A stretch of 64,000 nucleotides of DNA from a bacterium (GTDB lineage: Bacteria > Patescibacteriota > Minisyncoccia > UBA6257 > MFKM01): assembly GCA_030693325.1 (NCBI GenBank), contig JAUYAV010000011.1, positions 1,368-65,367 on the forward strand, read 5' to 3'. Positions 20,802-29,772 of this stretch are shown here, piece by piece; within the stretch, counting starts at the first letter, position 1, and every line of letters begins with the position of its first letter. The position numbers and the translations under genes were made by a program. The notes below the pieces were generated by a model that ran no database searches, was not told where the DNA came from, and saw only the letters and a list, made by a program, of their open reading frames with translations.

Positions 20802-20834
20802 TTTATTATTTTTTCCTCAACAACCTTAGATTAA

Positions 20835-21248
20835 TTAATATCTAATCTTTTTAATCTTATAAATTATTTTTATCGGGGAATTGATTTCTATTTCATCGGA
20901 AACTTTGTGATTCAGGAGCGCTTTGCCTACCGGCGACTCCGAAGATATTCTTCCTTCGCTGGGACTGGCTTCCAGTGTTCCCACGATTTCATATTCTTTA
21001 ATTTTACCATCGGAATTTTCCAGGGTAACAGTGGCCCCTAAATTGACGGTATCTTGTTTTTCTTTAGAAGGAATTTTGATAAGTTCGGCGTTTTTAAAAA
21101 CGTATTCCAGTTCCGCTATTTTAGATTCCGACAAATCAAAATTTTCCTCGGCTTTGGCCAGCCGGATTATCTTTAAATTCTTTAAATCCTGGTATTCTTT
21201 TTTTATCCTTTCCAGTCCTTTTTTAGTTAAATAAATTTTTTCTGACAT
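20835..21248 (-). CDS. greA: transcription elongation factor GreA
   Basis: N-terminal coiled coil; C-terminal FKBP-like GATVTLE...YEIVG...SPVGKALL. Confidence 0.85.
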   Translation of the reverse strand: MSEKIYLTKKGLERIKKEYQDLKNLKIIRLAKAEENFDLSESKIAELEYVFKNAELIKIPSKEKQDTVNLGATVTLENSDGKIKEYEIVGTLEASPSEGRISSESPVGKALLNHKVSDEIEINSPIKIIYKIKKIRY

Positions 21249-21489
21249 ATATAGTTTATATTAAAAAACCTCCTTGGTTTCGGAGGTTCATCAGGTTTTT
21301 TATTTTTGTTTTTTATTTTTGGTTTATCCTGTTGAATCTCCGATGTAGGCCTTTGGTCGGGGTAATGACGCCGCCAAAAACCAAGCCGCGCATATAGCAG
21401 CCAGCGTGAAGATTCCAAAGATTGATTTTTGCTATTTTCTGACTCATTTTTATCTAATTTAATTATAGGCGGGCAAGAAAGGTTGTCAA

Positions 21490-21620
21490 CCCCGTTAGAA
21501 ACTGACTTAGAATTCCCTATTTTTTGTGTAAAACACTAATTTGACAAATAAATCAGATAAAGACAATGGTATAAGAAAAAATTACTCAAGTAATTTTTTC
21601 TTCAGAGGTTTCTAACGGGG
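21490..21620. repeat. ~130-bp AT-rich element bounded by inverted repeats CCCCGTTAGAAAC / GTTTCTAACGGGG; contains a TGgTATAAG extended -10-like box
   Basis: related element at 26627..26755. Confidence 0.6.
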
Positions 21621-21822
21621 GCAAGCGAGAACAAACAAAACCCCTCCGACTTGCGTCGGAGGGGAAACAGAATGGTTTTTCTTAGATTGGATAATATTGA
21701 TCCAACACAGAAAAACAATCACTCACTTAAAATTAAGTATAGCGTAAATTTCATAGAAAGTCAACCCCAATTTTCACCCCGTAAGATAAACCCTCGCAAC
21801 AGGCGCGAAAGGATAGACCTGC

Positions 21823-21862
21823 GTTCCCTCACTGATATACTTAAGTATATCAGTGAGGGAAC
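21823..21862. repeat. 40-bp perfect palindrome gttccctcactgatatacttaagtatatcagtgagggaac (core GATATACTTAAGTATATC)
   Basis: same core with different, still complementary flanks at 26281 and 26455. Confidence 0.85.
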
Positions 21863-22224
21863 TTATTACCCGGTGGCGGCGGTGAAAGTGCGGAGAGACT
21901 AAAGGAAGGGGAAATAACCATAGAAGACAAGAAATTCTATGAGGGATTTTTTGAGGAAATCGGGGAAGAACTAAGGAAATCAAAGGGAATGGGAGAGGGG
22001 AACAAAAAGCAGGATTAAATTATAGGCGGTAGGCTGTCCGCGCTAAAAGGCTTTGAGGGCAGATTCGTGGATGAGACGGCGATGAGTTTTGGGCTACCTA
22101 TAGATTCTAATTTCTCTTACTTGATATAGCCGCGAGCAAAGATTAAAATGGGCGGATAAAATCCCCAAAACTTTGCTTTAATATCGGAGGGATAATACTG
22201 TAAGAATTAATCTAGTATGAAGTA

Positions 22225-22247
22225 CTATCGAGGTTAAACCTCGATAG
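22225..22247 (-). terminator. hairpin ctatcgaggttaaacctcgatag immediately after the pilin-like gene stop
   Basis: palindrome read directly; position. Confidence 0.5.
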
Positions 22248-22273
22248 TCGGTAATCAGACATTCGTTTGCTCC

Positions 22274-24913
22274 TTAATTTGCCGCTTCATAAAAAAATTG
22301 GCCATAAGAATATTTATCTCCAGTAGCAGCAAAAGAACTACCATCCATATCTTTATTGAGAAGTATAATCGCTCCCCCTCCATTAGTTATATCTATTATT
22401 GCAATACGAGAAGCAGTATCATAAGTCCGCCCAAATGCCATTGAATTGGATGGCATTGAAATTGTGTAAGGAACTGTGAAGGATGTGACTGTACTATTGC
22501 TTACTCCAGTTAATTTATATTGAACAAACACTGTTTTTCCAATTTTCTTAGTCCAAATATATCCGACTGGAGTAACCCAACCTACCTTCGTAGAAATAGC
22601 AAAGTAATCCGCCCACACACCTTCTTCCGCCGGTTTCGGGCTAAACGCAAACGGCGTTGAGCCTTCTACTACCATACATCCGTCAAGGTAAGCAGTTACA
22701 GTCGTTCCAGCACCAAAAAAGATATAAGGACCAAAATTAGTTGAACCTCCATTATTAGACACCAGATGCGTAACAGTTAACCTTTGCCAAGTTGAATCTC
22801 CTGTATGGTAGGGTGAATAGTCTGCAATACCTGACCCAAATTCGTAAGCGACAACTCTTAATCTATCGGCTACATTACTCCAAGCCCAACAACCCATCGT
22901 TACTGTTTTACCTCTATAAGCCGCTATCCCCATAAGCTGATACAACCCATTAAAGTTTGCACCAGTCATTTTCGCAGAGTATGTTCCTAATTTAACAGTT
23001 GTTGATTCTCTAGATACAGCATCTCCACCAAATACCCACCCATCAGGGGCCGCACTTGTTCCTGCTGACCAGTTCTCAAAGTTGCCGTTAGAGAGGAGAT
23101 TGGTGGGGTTCATATTAGAGGCGTTCCAATTAATATTTCCACTTGCATTCACATTGCCAACATTCAAATCACTGGCAGTTATCACGCCGTAAGGCGCGGC
23201 GGGCGGAGTGAAATTGGAAGTCCAGCGGGCGATGCCTTTGGAGATGCGGAGTTCGTCGAGATAGCCGTTAAAATATCTAATTGAGCCACGCCATCCTATG
23301 GTCCAGTTACCTGTAAAATCAGGTATAGAATACGAAGCTGAAAAATCTCCAGTTGCTACCTGTATGCCATTGTAATACATTTTAAGATTATCTCCGTTAC
23401 GAACAACAGCAATGTGATACCAAGTATCTGCAACTATGGCTGTATCGGAAATAACATTTATTTTAACAACGCCTCCTTCTACAACCAAAAACCTAAATTT
23501 ACCCAAATCTGGACTCGTATTTCCATCTATAACTATAAGATTAGCTCCATCATTATACTGACTCCAAATAGGGGCATAATCATTTAGTGTTCCAGTAAAT
23601 CTCACCCAAGTATCAATAGTAAAATTCCCCGTTCCAAAAGCCCAATCTGCGGAATCTGGAACAGTAAGATAATCCGTGGTTCCGTTGAATAAGCCGCTCT
23701 TGGAACCAAGCTTGTATTGAGCCGTGGTTTGGGTGGCAGAGCCGACAGCGGTAACGGCTTTGCCGGTGGCCGAATCACTGAAGGAAGTTCCTGAACTCTC
23801 CATATGAAGCAATAACTTGTTGTAGCTATCTGTTGTCTGCAATCCTTGAGAAGCGTTTATCAATCCAGCAACGTCTAACATGAAACCTGGGCTCGCCGTC
23901 CCGATGCCGACGTTGCCGCCGTTTGGATTTAACGATAAATTATGATAAGCGCCAAGAGTTGCTCTGTTGGTAGATTGTATCCAGCCAGTAGGTCCACTTC
24001 CGTAATATCCAAAATCCATAACACCGTTATTTAATCCTTGCCCTATACGAAAACTTCCTGTTTGTGTTGAGCCAGTTGTTGCCGGAAGTCCGTTATCTCC
24101 TAAAATGTCTAATTTTAAACCCGGGTTCGCCGTCCCGATGCCGACCTTGCCGGCGTTGGTATTGTAGATATTGGTGGAGGAAGCGGCCCAACCAACGCCC
24201 AAATCAGCCCAGGAGCCACTCTTATAACCCCGGAAAGCATTACTCGCGGTGTTGTAGTAGATAGACCCGTTCTGGGCTCCGGCCACGGGGTCGATAGTCA
24301 ATTGTCCCACGTTAAGAAGATTAGAAATGTTTACATCTTTCCATTTGTAAGTGGCATCACCCAGGGAAAAAGAATTGTCGGCGTTGGGAATCAAACTATC
24401 GTCAAAGGTGGCAGCGCTCACTCTGCCGATGGCTATTTTGAGAGCTCGCGTTATCTGCTGATAGGGATTCTGGCTGTTATAGGTCAAAGCCAGGTTGATC
24501 TGGACAATGGCGTGGGCGTCGGGGTTCTCATACTTGGTGGCCTGGAACTGGGAAACCTTGACCTGGCTGTTGGTCAGAGGGGCGATGGCTCCGGTTCCCT
24601 GTTTGAGGTAGATGCCGTTAGCATCGGAGGAAATGATGGTGGGGTCTAAAGAGGAGGAAGCCATCCTCAAGACCAAACTGGACGAAGCGACTCCGGCCGG
24701 ATTTTCAATGTTGGCGCTTTCTCTGACCAACCTTTGAATAGTGGATTGGACAAAAGCCAACTGCTGGGTGAGCTCGGAATCAGCCGAGGTTTGGGTCTGA
24801 ACTCTGGTGAAGGTGATGAGGACGCCGGAAAAGACGCCGACGGAGATGGAGAAGATCACGGTATAGACTAACAATTCAATCAGAGTGAAACCTTTGTTGT
24901 TGGGGTGATCCAT
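22274..24913 (-). CDS. giant type IV pilin-like protein with lectin-like domains
   Basis: N-terminal prepilin signal (MDHPNNKG|FTLIELLV); repeated fibre-like VGIGTANPG/VGIGTASPG motifs; a LamG/concanavalin-like domain; a CBM-like region (NLLSNGNFENW); 879 aa. Confidence 0.8.
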   Translation of the reverse strand: MDHPNNKGFTLIELLVYTVIFSISVGVFSGVLITFTRVQTQTSADSELTQQLAFVQSTIQRLVRESANIENPAGVASSSLVLRMASSSLDPTIISSDANGIYLKQGTGAIAPLTNSQVKVSQFQATKYENPDAHAIVQINLALTYNSQNPYQQITRALKIAIGRVSAATFDDSLIPNADNSFSLGDATYKWKDVNISNLLNVGQLTIDPVAGAQNGSIYYNTASNAFRGYKSGSWADLGVGWAASSTNIYNTNAGKVGIGTANPGLKLDILGDNGLPATTGSTQTGSFRIGQGLNNGVMDFGYYGSGPTGWIQSTNRATLGAYHNLSLNPNGGNVGIGTASPGFMLDVAGLINASQGLQTTDSYNKLLLHMESSGTSFSDSATGKAVTAVGSATQTTAQYKLGSKSGLFNGTTDYLTVPDSADWAFGTGNFTIDTWVRFTGTLNDYAPIWSQYNDGANLIVIDGNTSPDLGKFRFLVVEGGVVKINVISDTAIVADTWYHIAVVRNGDNLKMYYNGIQVATGDFSASYSIPDFTGNWTIGWRGSIRYFNGYLDELRISKGIARWTSNFTPPAAPYGVITASDLNVGNVNASGNINWNASNMNPTNLLSNGNFENWSAGTSAAPDGWVFGGDAVSRESTTVKLGTYSAKMTGANFNGLYQLMGIAAYRGKTVTMGCWAWSNVADRLRVVAYEFGSGIADYSPYHTGDSTWQRLTVTHLVSNNGGSTNFGPYIFFGAGTTVTAYLDGCMVVEGSTPFAFSPKPAEEGVWADYFAISTKVGWVTPVGYIWTKKIGKTVFVQYKLTGVSNSTVTSFTVPYTISMPSNSMAFGRTYDTASRIAIIDITNGGGAIILLNKDMDGSSFAATGDKYSYGQFFYEAAN

Positions 24914-24965
24914 GTTTATTGATTAATATTTATTGGACGACCTTGGCTGGCCTGGGAAGGGGAAA

Positions 24966-24994
24966 TAAAAACCCCGCTCTGACGAGGCGGGTTG
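24966..24994 (-). promoter_or_regulatory. hairpin plus U-run (minus strand aacccgcctcgtcagagcggggtttttatttcc) in the leader ~50 nt upstream of the pilin ATG; terminator- or attenuator-like
   Basis: read from the sequence. Confidence 0.35.
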
Positions 24995-25104
24995 GCCAAA
25001 CTGTTGTTCAAATCAAAAACTACCTTGATTAAAAAGGCGACCGTAAGAATCAGGAGAAGATTGATGACCGCTAAGCGGCGGACTTGTTTACTGACTCCGC
25101 TTTT

Positions 25105-25163
<59 letters not shown>

Positions 25164-25231
25164 GACCCGATGGACAAAGATTGGAAGAAGTTAAATAGTT
25201 TCATAATAAAATTATAACATATTATATATTA

Positions 25232-25260
25232 ATGAAAATCAAAATAGATTTTGCTATAAT
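25232..25260 (+). promoter_or_regulatory. candidate murB promoter (-35 ATGAAA, 17-nt spacer, extended -10 TGcTATAAT)
   Basis: read by eye. Confidence 0.4.
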
Positions 25261-25331
25261 AAAAAAGGCAGGTAGCTGAGCACTCACTTAATAAAACAAA
25301 AAACGGAGGTCACCACTATCTGCCTTTTTCT

Positions 25332-26243
25332 ATGTTTCAGAAAAATATTCCTTTAAAAAAATACACCAGTTTCAAAATCGGCGGACCGGCCGATTATTTT
25401 TTTAAAGTTAGAAAAATAAAGAATCTTATTGAAGCCGTTAAAGAAGCAAAACAAAATAAAATACCAATTTTCATTTTTGCTGGAGGAACTAAAATATTAG
25501 TCAGTGATAAGGGCATCAAGGGGTTAGTTATAAAAATTCAAACTTCAAAAATTGAAATTAAAAAAAACAGAATCATCAGTGAAGCGGGAGTTAATTTAAA
25601 TAAATTAGTAGCCGCGTCAATTAAAAACGGCTTAACCGGCTTGGAATGGGCGATTGGCATTCCCGGCACAATCGGCGGCGCTATTCACGGCAACAGCGGG
25701 GCCTTCGGCGCTTCTATTTCCAACTCCGTAAAAAGCGTCACCGCCTTAAATCCGAAAAATTTTAAAATTAAAAAATATTCCGGCAAGCAATGCCGCTTCG
25801 GCTATCGGGACAGTATTTTTAAAAAAAATAAAAATATCATTCTTTCGGTGGAATTGCAGTTGAAACAAAACAAATCAAAAAATAATTTGGAAACGATTAG
25901 AGGATATTTAAAAAGAAGAAAAGAAAGAATCCCTGAATATTACTCGGCCGGAAGTGTTTTCAAAAATCTTAAATTCAAATCTTTAAACAAAGACATCCAA
26001 AAAATTATTCCCAAAAATAAAATCAAAGGCGGCATGGTGCCGGCGGGCTATCTTATTGAAAACTGCGGGCTAAAAGGAAAAAGTAGCGGTGGAGCGAAAA
26101 TTTCCGAACAACAAGCCAACATTATTATTAATTTTAATAAAGCCAGAGAAAAAGACGTTTCTTCGTTAATTGATTTAGCTAAAAAACAAGTCAAGAAAAA
26201 ATTCGGGGTTAAATTAGAAGAGGAAATAATTTATTTGGGCTAA
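25332..26243 (+). CDS. murB: UDP-N-acetylenolpyruvoylglucosamine reductase MurB
   Basis: YTSFKIGGPADYF; GIPGTIGGAIHGNSGAFG; GYRDS. Confidence 0.85.
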   Translation: MFQKNIPLKKYTSFKIGGPADYFFKVRKIKNLIEAVKEAKQNKIPIFIFAGGTKILVSDKGIKGLVIKIQTSKIEIKKNRIISEAGVNLNKLVAASIKNGLTGLEWAIGIPGTIGGAIHGNSGAFGASISNSVKSVTALNPKNFKIKKYSGKQCRFGYRDSIFKKNKNIILSVELQLKQNKSKNNLETIRGYLKRRKERIPEYYSAGSVFKNLKFKSLNKDIQKIIPKNKIKGGMVPAGYLIENCGLKGKSSGGAKISEQQANIIINFNKAREKDVSSLIDLAKKQVKKKFGVKLEEEIIYLG

Positions 26244-26280
26244 GCGAACCAAACTTGCCCTCGGCCTCGCTTTGTCCGAG

Positions 26281-26318
26281 ATCTTATACTGATATACTTA
26301 AGTATATCAGTATAAGAT
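26281..26318. repeat. 38-bp perfect palindrome atcttatactgatatacttaagtatatcagtataagat (GATATACTTAAGTATATC family)
   Basis: read directly. Confidence 0.85.
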
Positions 26319-26454
26319 TATCCTCTTGATTAGAATATCGGATTTAAAGCATTAGATTAGAGTATTAGTATCGGAACAAACCCGATATTTCCTATATTTT
26401 TATTTCCTATATTTACAATATTTTCATTTATTTCCATTTTACATTTCTTCCAAC

Positions 26455-26478
26455 AGCGATATACTTAAGTATATCGCT
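26455..26478. repeat. 24-bp palindrome agcgatatacttaagtatatcgct (same core family)
   Basis: read directly. Confidence 0.8.
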
Positions 26479-26626
26479 CCGGCAACATAGACTAAGCCCA
26501 ATGTACCCGTCGCAAAGGTTTATTTTATCTCCGATGTCTATCGGGGGACCCTGCCCGCCTTCGCGGTGCCGTAGCCCCGCTTCGGTGGGCGGAAGCCCGT
26601 ACCCGTCACATAGTTATCCCCATTTA

Positions 26627-26755
26627 CCCCGTTAGAAATCCTGAACAGAAAAAAATTTCTAATTTTTATCTGTTATAACAGATAAATCAAACATAAGCTT
26701 TTAATAATTATAGATAATGCTTGCTTAATAAGTATTTATCGGACTTCTGACGGGG
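26627..26755. repeat. second ~130-bp element bounded by CCCCGTTAGAAA / TTCTGACGGGG, with internal palindromes ttagaaat..atttctaa and atctgttataacagat
   Basis: compare 21490..21620. Confidence 0.55.
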
Positions 26756-26903
26756 TTTACTTTATTTCCCGATATGATAGAATAAACCTTATAGAAAAAA
26801 GAAGAGATGGTGAGGTTGTCTCTTCATAAAATCGCTCCGATAATTATCGGAGCGATTTTTATTCCGCCTTGCTCAACGGATTAGAAATTTGTATAATTAA
26901 GGC

Positions 26904-27272
26904 ATGAAAATAAACATTAAAGCCATTAATTTGGATTTAACGCCGGCCCTTAACCAATACATAGAAGATAAAATCGGCTCGCTTTCGAAATTTCTTAAAA
27001 ATTATGAAATTGAATCAGAAATCCAGGCCCGCGTGGAAGTCGCCCGAACTACGCGGCACCATCATAGCGGCAATGTATTTAAAGCCGAGGTCAACCTTGA
27101 CCTGCCTAAAAAAATCTTAAGAAGCGTCGCCGAAAAGGAAGACATCAGATTGGCTATCAACAAAGTCAGAGACGAATTACAGCAGGAAATAAAAAAACAT
27201 AATCAAAAATTAAACATTAAAAATGATAAAAAAGCTTATAGAGAAGTTCTTAGGCGGAAAGGGCAAATATAA
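26904..27272 (+). CDS. hpf: ribosome hibernation promoting factor (HPF/RaiA family)
   Basis: MKINIKAINLDLTPALNQYIEDKIGSLSKF; about 120 aa. Confidence 0.8.
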   Translation: MKINIKAINLDLTPALNQYIEDKIGSLSKFLKNYEIESEIQARVEVARTTRHHHSGNVFKAEVNLDLPKKILRSVAEKEDIRLAINKVRDELQQEIKKHNQKLNIKNDKKAYREVLRRKGQI

Positions 27273-29700
27273 AAATTTTGTTGCCGAAATTAACAGCCTG
27301 GAACCGGAACTGGAAAAATTAAGCGGCCAGGAATTAAAAGAGAAAAGCAACTACCTAAAAAAAATAATTCAGGAAAACGAGGAAAACCTGAATGATTTTA
27401 ATTTTATTTGCCAAAGTTTCGCTTTAATAAGAGAAGCCGCCAAAAGAACCTTAAATCAGCGCCATTTTGATGTTCAACTTATAGGCGGCTTGGTTTTACA
27501 CGAAGGAAAAATCGCCGAAATGTTAACCGGCGAAGGCAAAACTCTCGCCGCCACTCTGCCGGCTTATCTAAACGCTTTAAGCGGCAAAGGCGTTCATGTT
27601 ATCACAGTGAACGATTATTTGGCGCGCCGGGATGCCATTTGGATGGGGCAGGTATACCAGGCGCTTGGCCTTTCGGTCGCTTGCATAACACATGATGCGG
27701 CTTATTTATACGATTCCAATTTTACTGTTGAAAATGACAAAGCGCCCGAAATAAAAAATAATGAAAATAATTTAGACAAAGAACGCGATGTCTTGGGCGG
27801 CTTCAAAATAGTCCAGGAATTTCTGCGGCCGATTTCACGGAAAGAGGCCTATGCGGCTGATATTATTTACGGCACCAACCACGAATTTGGGTTTGATTAT
27901 TTAAGAGATAATTTAAGTTTAAGATTAATTGACCAATCCCAAAGGCCGCTTAATTACGCCATTATTGACGAGGTTGACAGCATTTTAATTGATGAAGCCC
28001 GAACACCACTGATTATCGCTTCGCCTGATGCCCAGTCAAGCGAATACTACAAAATTTTCGCCCGCATCGTTGACGACCTTAAACCGGAAGAAGATTATCT
28101 GGTTGAAGAAAAACAGAAAGCCGTAAATATCACCCAGGAAGGAATTAATAAAGTGGAAAAAAATCTCCAGCTGAAAAATCTTTACGGTCCGGAAAACTTC
28201 CAACTGGTTCATTATCTTGAAGTGTCTTTGAAAGCCAAAGCTCTTTTTCGCTGCGACAAACATTACCTTGTGAAAAACGGCGAAGTAATAATTATTGACG
28301 AGTTCACAGGGCACTTAATGCACGGCCGCCGTTATTCCGTCGGACTTCATCAGGCAATCGAAGCCAAAGAATGGCTCTTTGATAAAAGCGTGAATGTCCA
28401 ATTGGAATCCCGAACCCTGGCCCAAATTACCATTCAGAATTATTTCCGTTTGTACAAAAAAATTTCCGGAATGACCGGCACCGCTCAAACTTCAGCCGAA
28501 GAATTTCATAAAGTTTATAACTTGGAGGTAGTCAGCATCCCGTCAAATAAACCCCTGACGCGCAAAGATTTTCCCGATGCCATTTATAAAACCAGGGAAG
28601 CGAAATACCAGGCGGCGATTGAAGAAATAAAAAAATATCATGACCAGGGCCGGCCGATTTTAGTGGGAACGCCTTCCACTGACCAAAATGAAATACTTTC
28701 GGGTTTATTGTTCCAGAGCGGCATTCCTCATGAGGTTTTGAACGCTAAAAATAACGAACGGGAAGGCGCTATTATCGCTCAAGCCGGAAAATTGAAAGCG
28801 GTAACCGTGGCGACAAACCGCGCCGGTCGAGGAGTGGATATCGTGCTCGGAGGCAATCCCGTCAACCCGGAAGAAGCGGAAAAAGTCAGAAATTTGGGCG
28901 GACTTTGCATAATCGGCACGGAAAGACACGAAGCGCGCCGCATTGACAATCAGTTGCGAGGACGCGCCGGCCGCCAAGGAGATCCGGGCGCTTCCCGATT
29001 TTTCTTATCGCTGGAAGACGATTTATTGAAAATTTTCGGCGGCGACAAAATAAAAAATATTATGCAAGCTTTTAAATTGCCGGAAGATATGCCTATTGAA
29101 TCGGGTTTGGTTTCCAACGCCGTCAATCAGGCGCAGGCAAAAATTGAAGGATTTAATTTTGACATTCGCCGTCATCTTCTTGATTTTGACGATATTTTAA
29201 ACAAACAGCGAAGTTTTATTTACGGCCGGCGTCAGAAAATTTTAAACGCCATTGAAAAAGGCGATTTTGAATCTTTATTTAAAGAAACTACCAACAAAGA
29301 TTTGAGCGATGAAGAAAAAACCAAATTAAATCCCGAATTGAAAACTTTTCTCGGCCAACAGATGTTAAGAATTATGGATTTGCTTTGGATGGAAAATCTG
29401 GAAAATCTGGAATCATTGAGAGAATCAGTCAGTTTAAGGGCTTACGGCCAGCACGAGCCGATAGTTGAATACCGCCAGGAAAGTTATCGTTTATTCAAAA
29501 GTTTCCAAGCTAATTTTCAGGGGATGGTCGCAGAAATTACTTCCCAAATTTTAGCCAATCCCGCGGCAGTCGCTATGTCTGCGCCGACTCCTCCGCCTGA
29601 CGACACTCATAAAAAAATCGGCCGCAACGACCCCTGTTGGTGCGGGGCGAAAAAGCCAGACGGAACTCCGATAAAATACAAGCATTGCCATGGGAAATAA
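27223..29700 (+). CDS. secA: preprotein translocase ATPase SecA (compact form with C-terminal zinc-binding CWCG...CHGK)
   Basis: KNFVAEINSLEPELEKLS; DEAD-motor motifs LTGEGKTL, VTVNDYLARRD; overlaps the hpf 3' end by 50 nt. Confidence 0.9.
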   Translation: MIKKLIEKFLGGKGKYKNFVAEINSLEPELEKLSGQELKEKSNYLKKIIQENEENLNDFNFICQSFALIREAAKRTLNQRHFDVQLIGGLVLHEGKIAEMLTGEGKTLAATLPAYLNALSGKGVHVITVNDYLARRDAIWMGQVYQALGLSVACITHDAAYLYDSNFTVENDKAPEIKNNENNLDKERDVLGGFKIVQEFLRPISRKEAYAADIIYGTNHEFGFDYLRDNLSLRLIDQSQRPLNYAIIDEVDSILIDEARTPLIIASPDAQSSEYYKIFARIVDDLKPEEDYLVEEKQKAVNITQEGINKVEKNLQLKNLYGPENFQLVHYLEVSLKAKALFRCDKHYLVKNGEVIIIDEFTGHLMHGRRYSVGLHQAIEAKEWLFDKSVNVQLESRTLAQITIQNYFRLYKKISGMTGTAQTSAEEFHKVYNLEVVSIPSNKPLTRKDFPDAIYKTREAKYQAAIEEIKKYHDQGRPILVGTPSTDQNEILSGLLFQSGIPHEVLNAKNNEREGAIIAQAGKLKAVTVATNRAGRGVDIVLGGNPVNPEEAEKVRNLGGLCIIGTERHEARRIDNQLRGRAGRQGDPGASRFFLSLEDDLLKIFGGDKIKNIMQAFKLPEDMPIESGLVSNAVNQAQAKIEGFNFDIRRHLLDFDDILNKQRSFIYGRRQKILNAIEKGDFESLFKETTNKDLSDEEKTKLNPELKTFLGQQMLRIMDLLWMENLENLESLRESVSLRAYGQHEPIVEYRQESYRLFKSFQANFQGMVAEITSQILANPAAVAMSAPTPPPDDTHKKIGRNDPCWCGAKKPDGTPIKYKHCHGK

Positions 29701-29701
29701 A

Positions 29702-29731
29702 GCCAACGGCTCAACGCGTTGAGCCGTTGGC
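29702..29731. terminator. 30-bp perfect palindrome gccaacggctcaacgcgttgagccgttggc just after secA
   Basis: read directly; flanked by a duplicated secA-terminus-like 27-mer. Confidence 0.55.
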
Positions 29732-29772
29732 AAATGCAAGAAGTGTCATGGGAAATAAAAAAATGGTAAAAT

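Noticed and set aside
21651-21983. Small ORFs 21651..21902 and 21774..21983 in the greA/pilin non-coding island
   Set aside because: They overlap each other and the palindromic repeat, and have no start context or motifs. The region is more likely non-coding.
27223-27272. 50-nt overlap of hpf 3' end with secA 5' end as a possible frameshift or fusion
   Set aside because: The two genes use different frames and secA has an ATG with a conserved N-terminus. The hpf tail is most likely just a lineage-specific extension.
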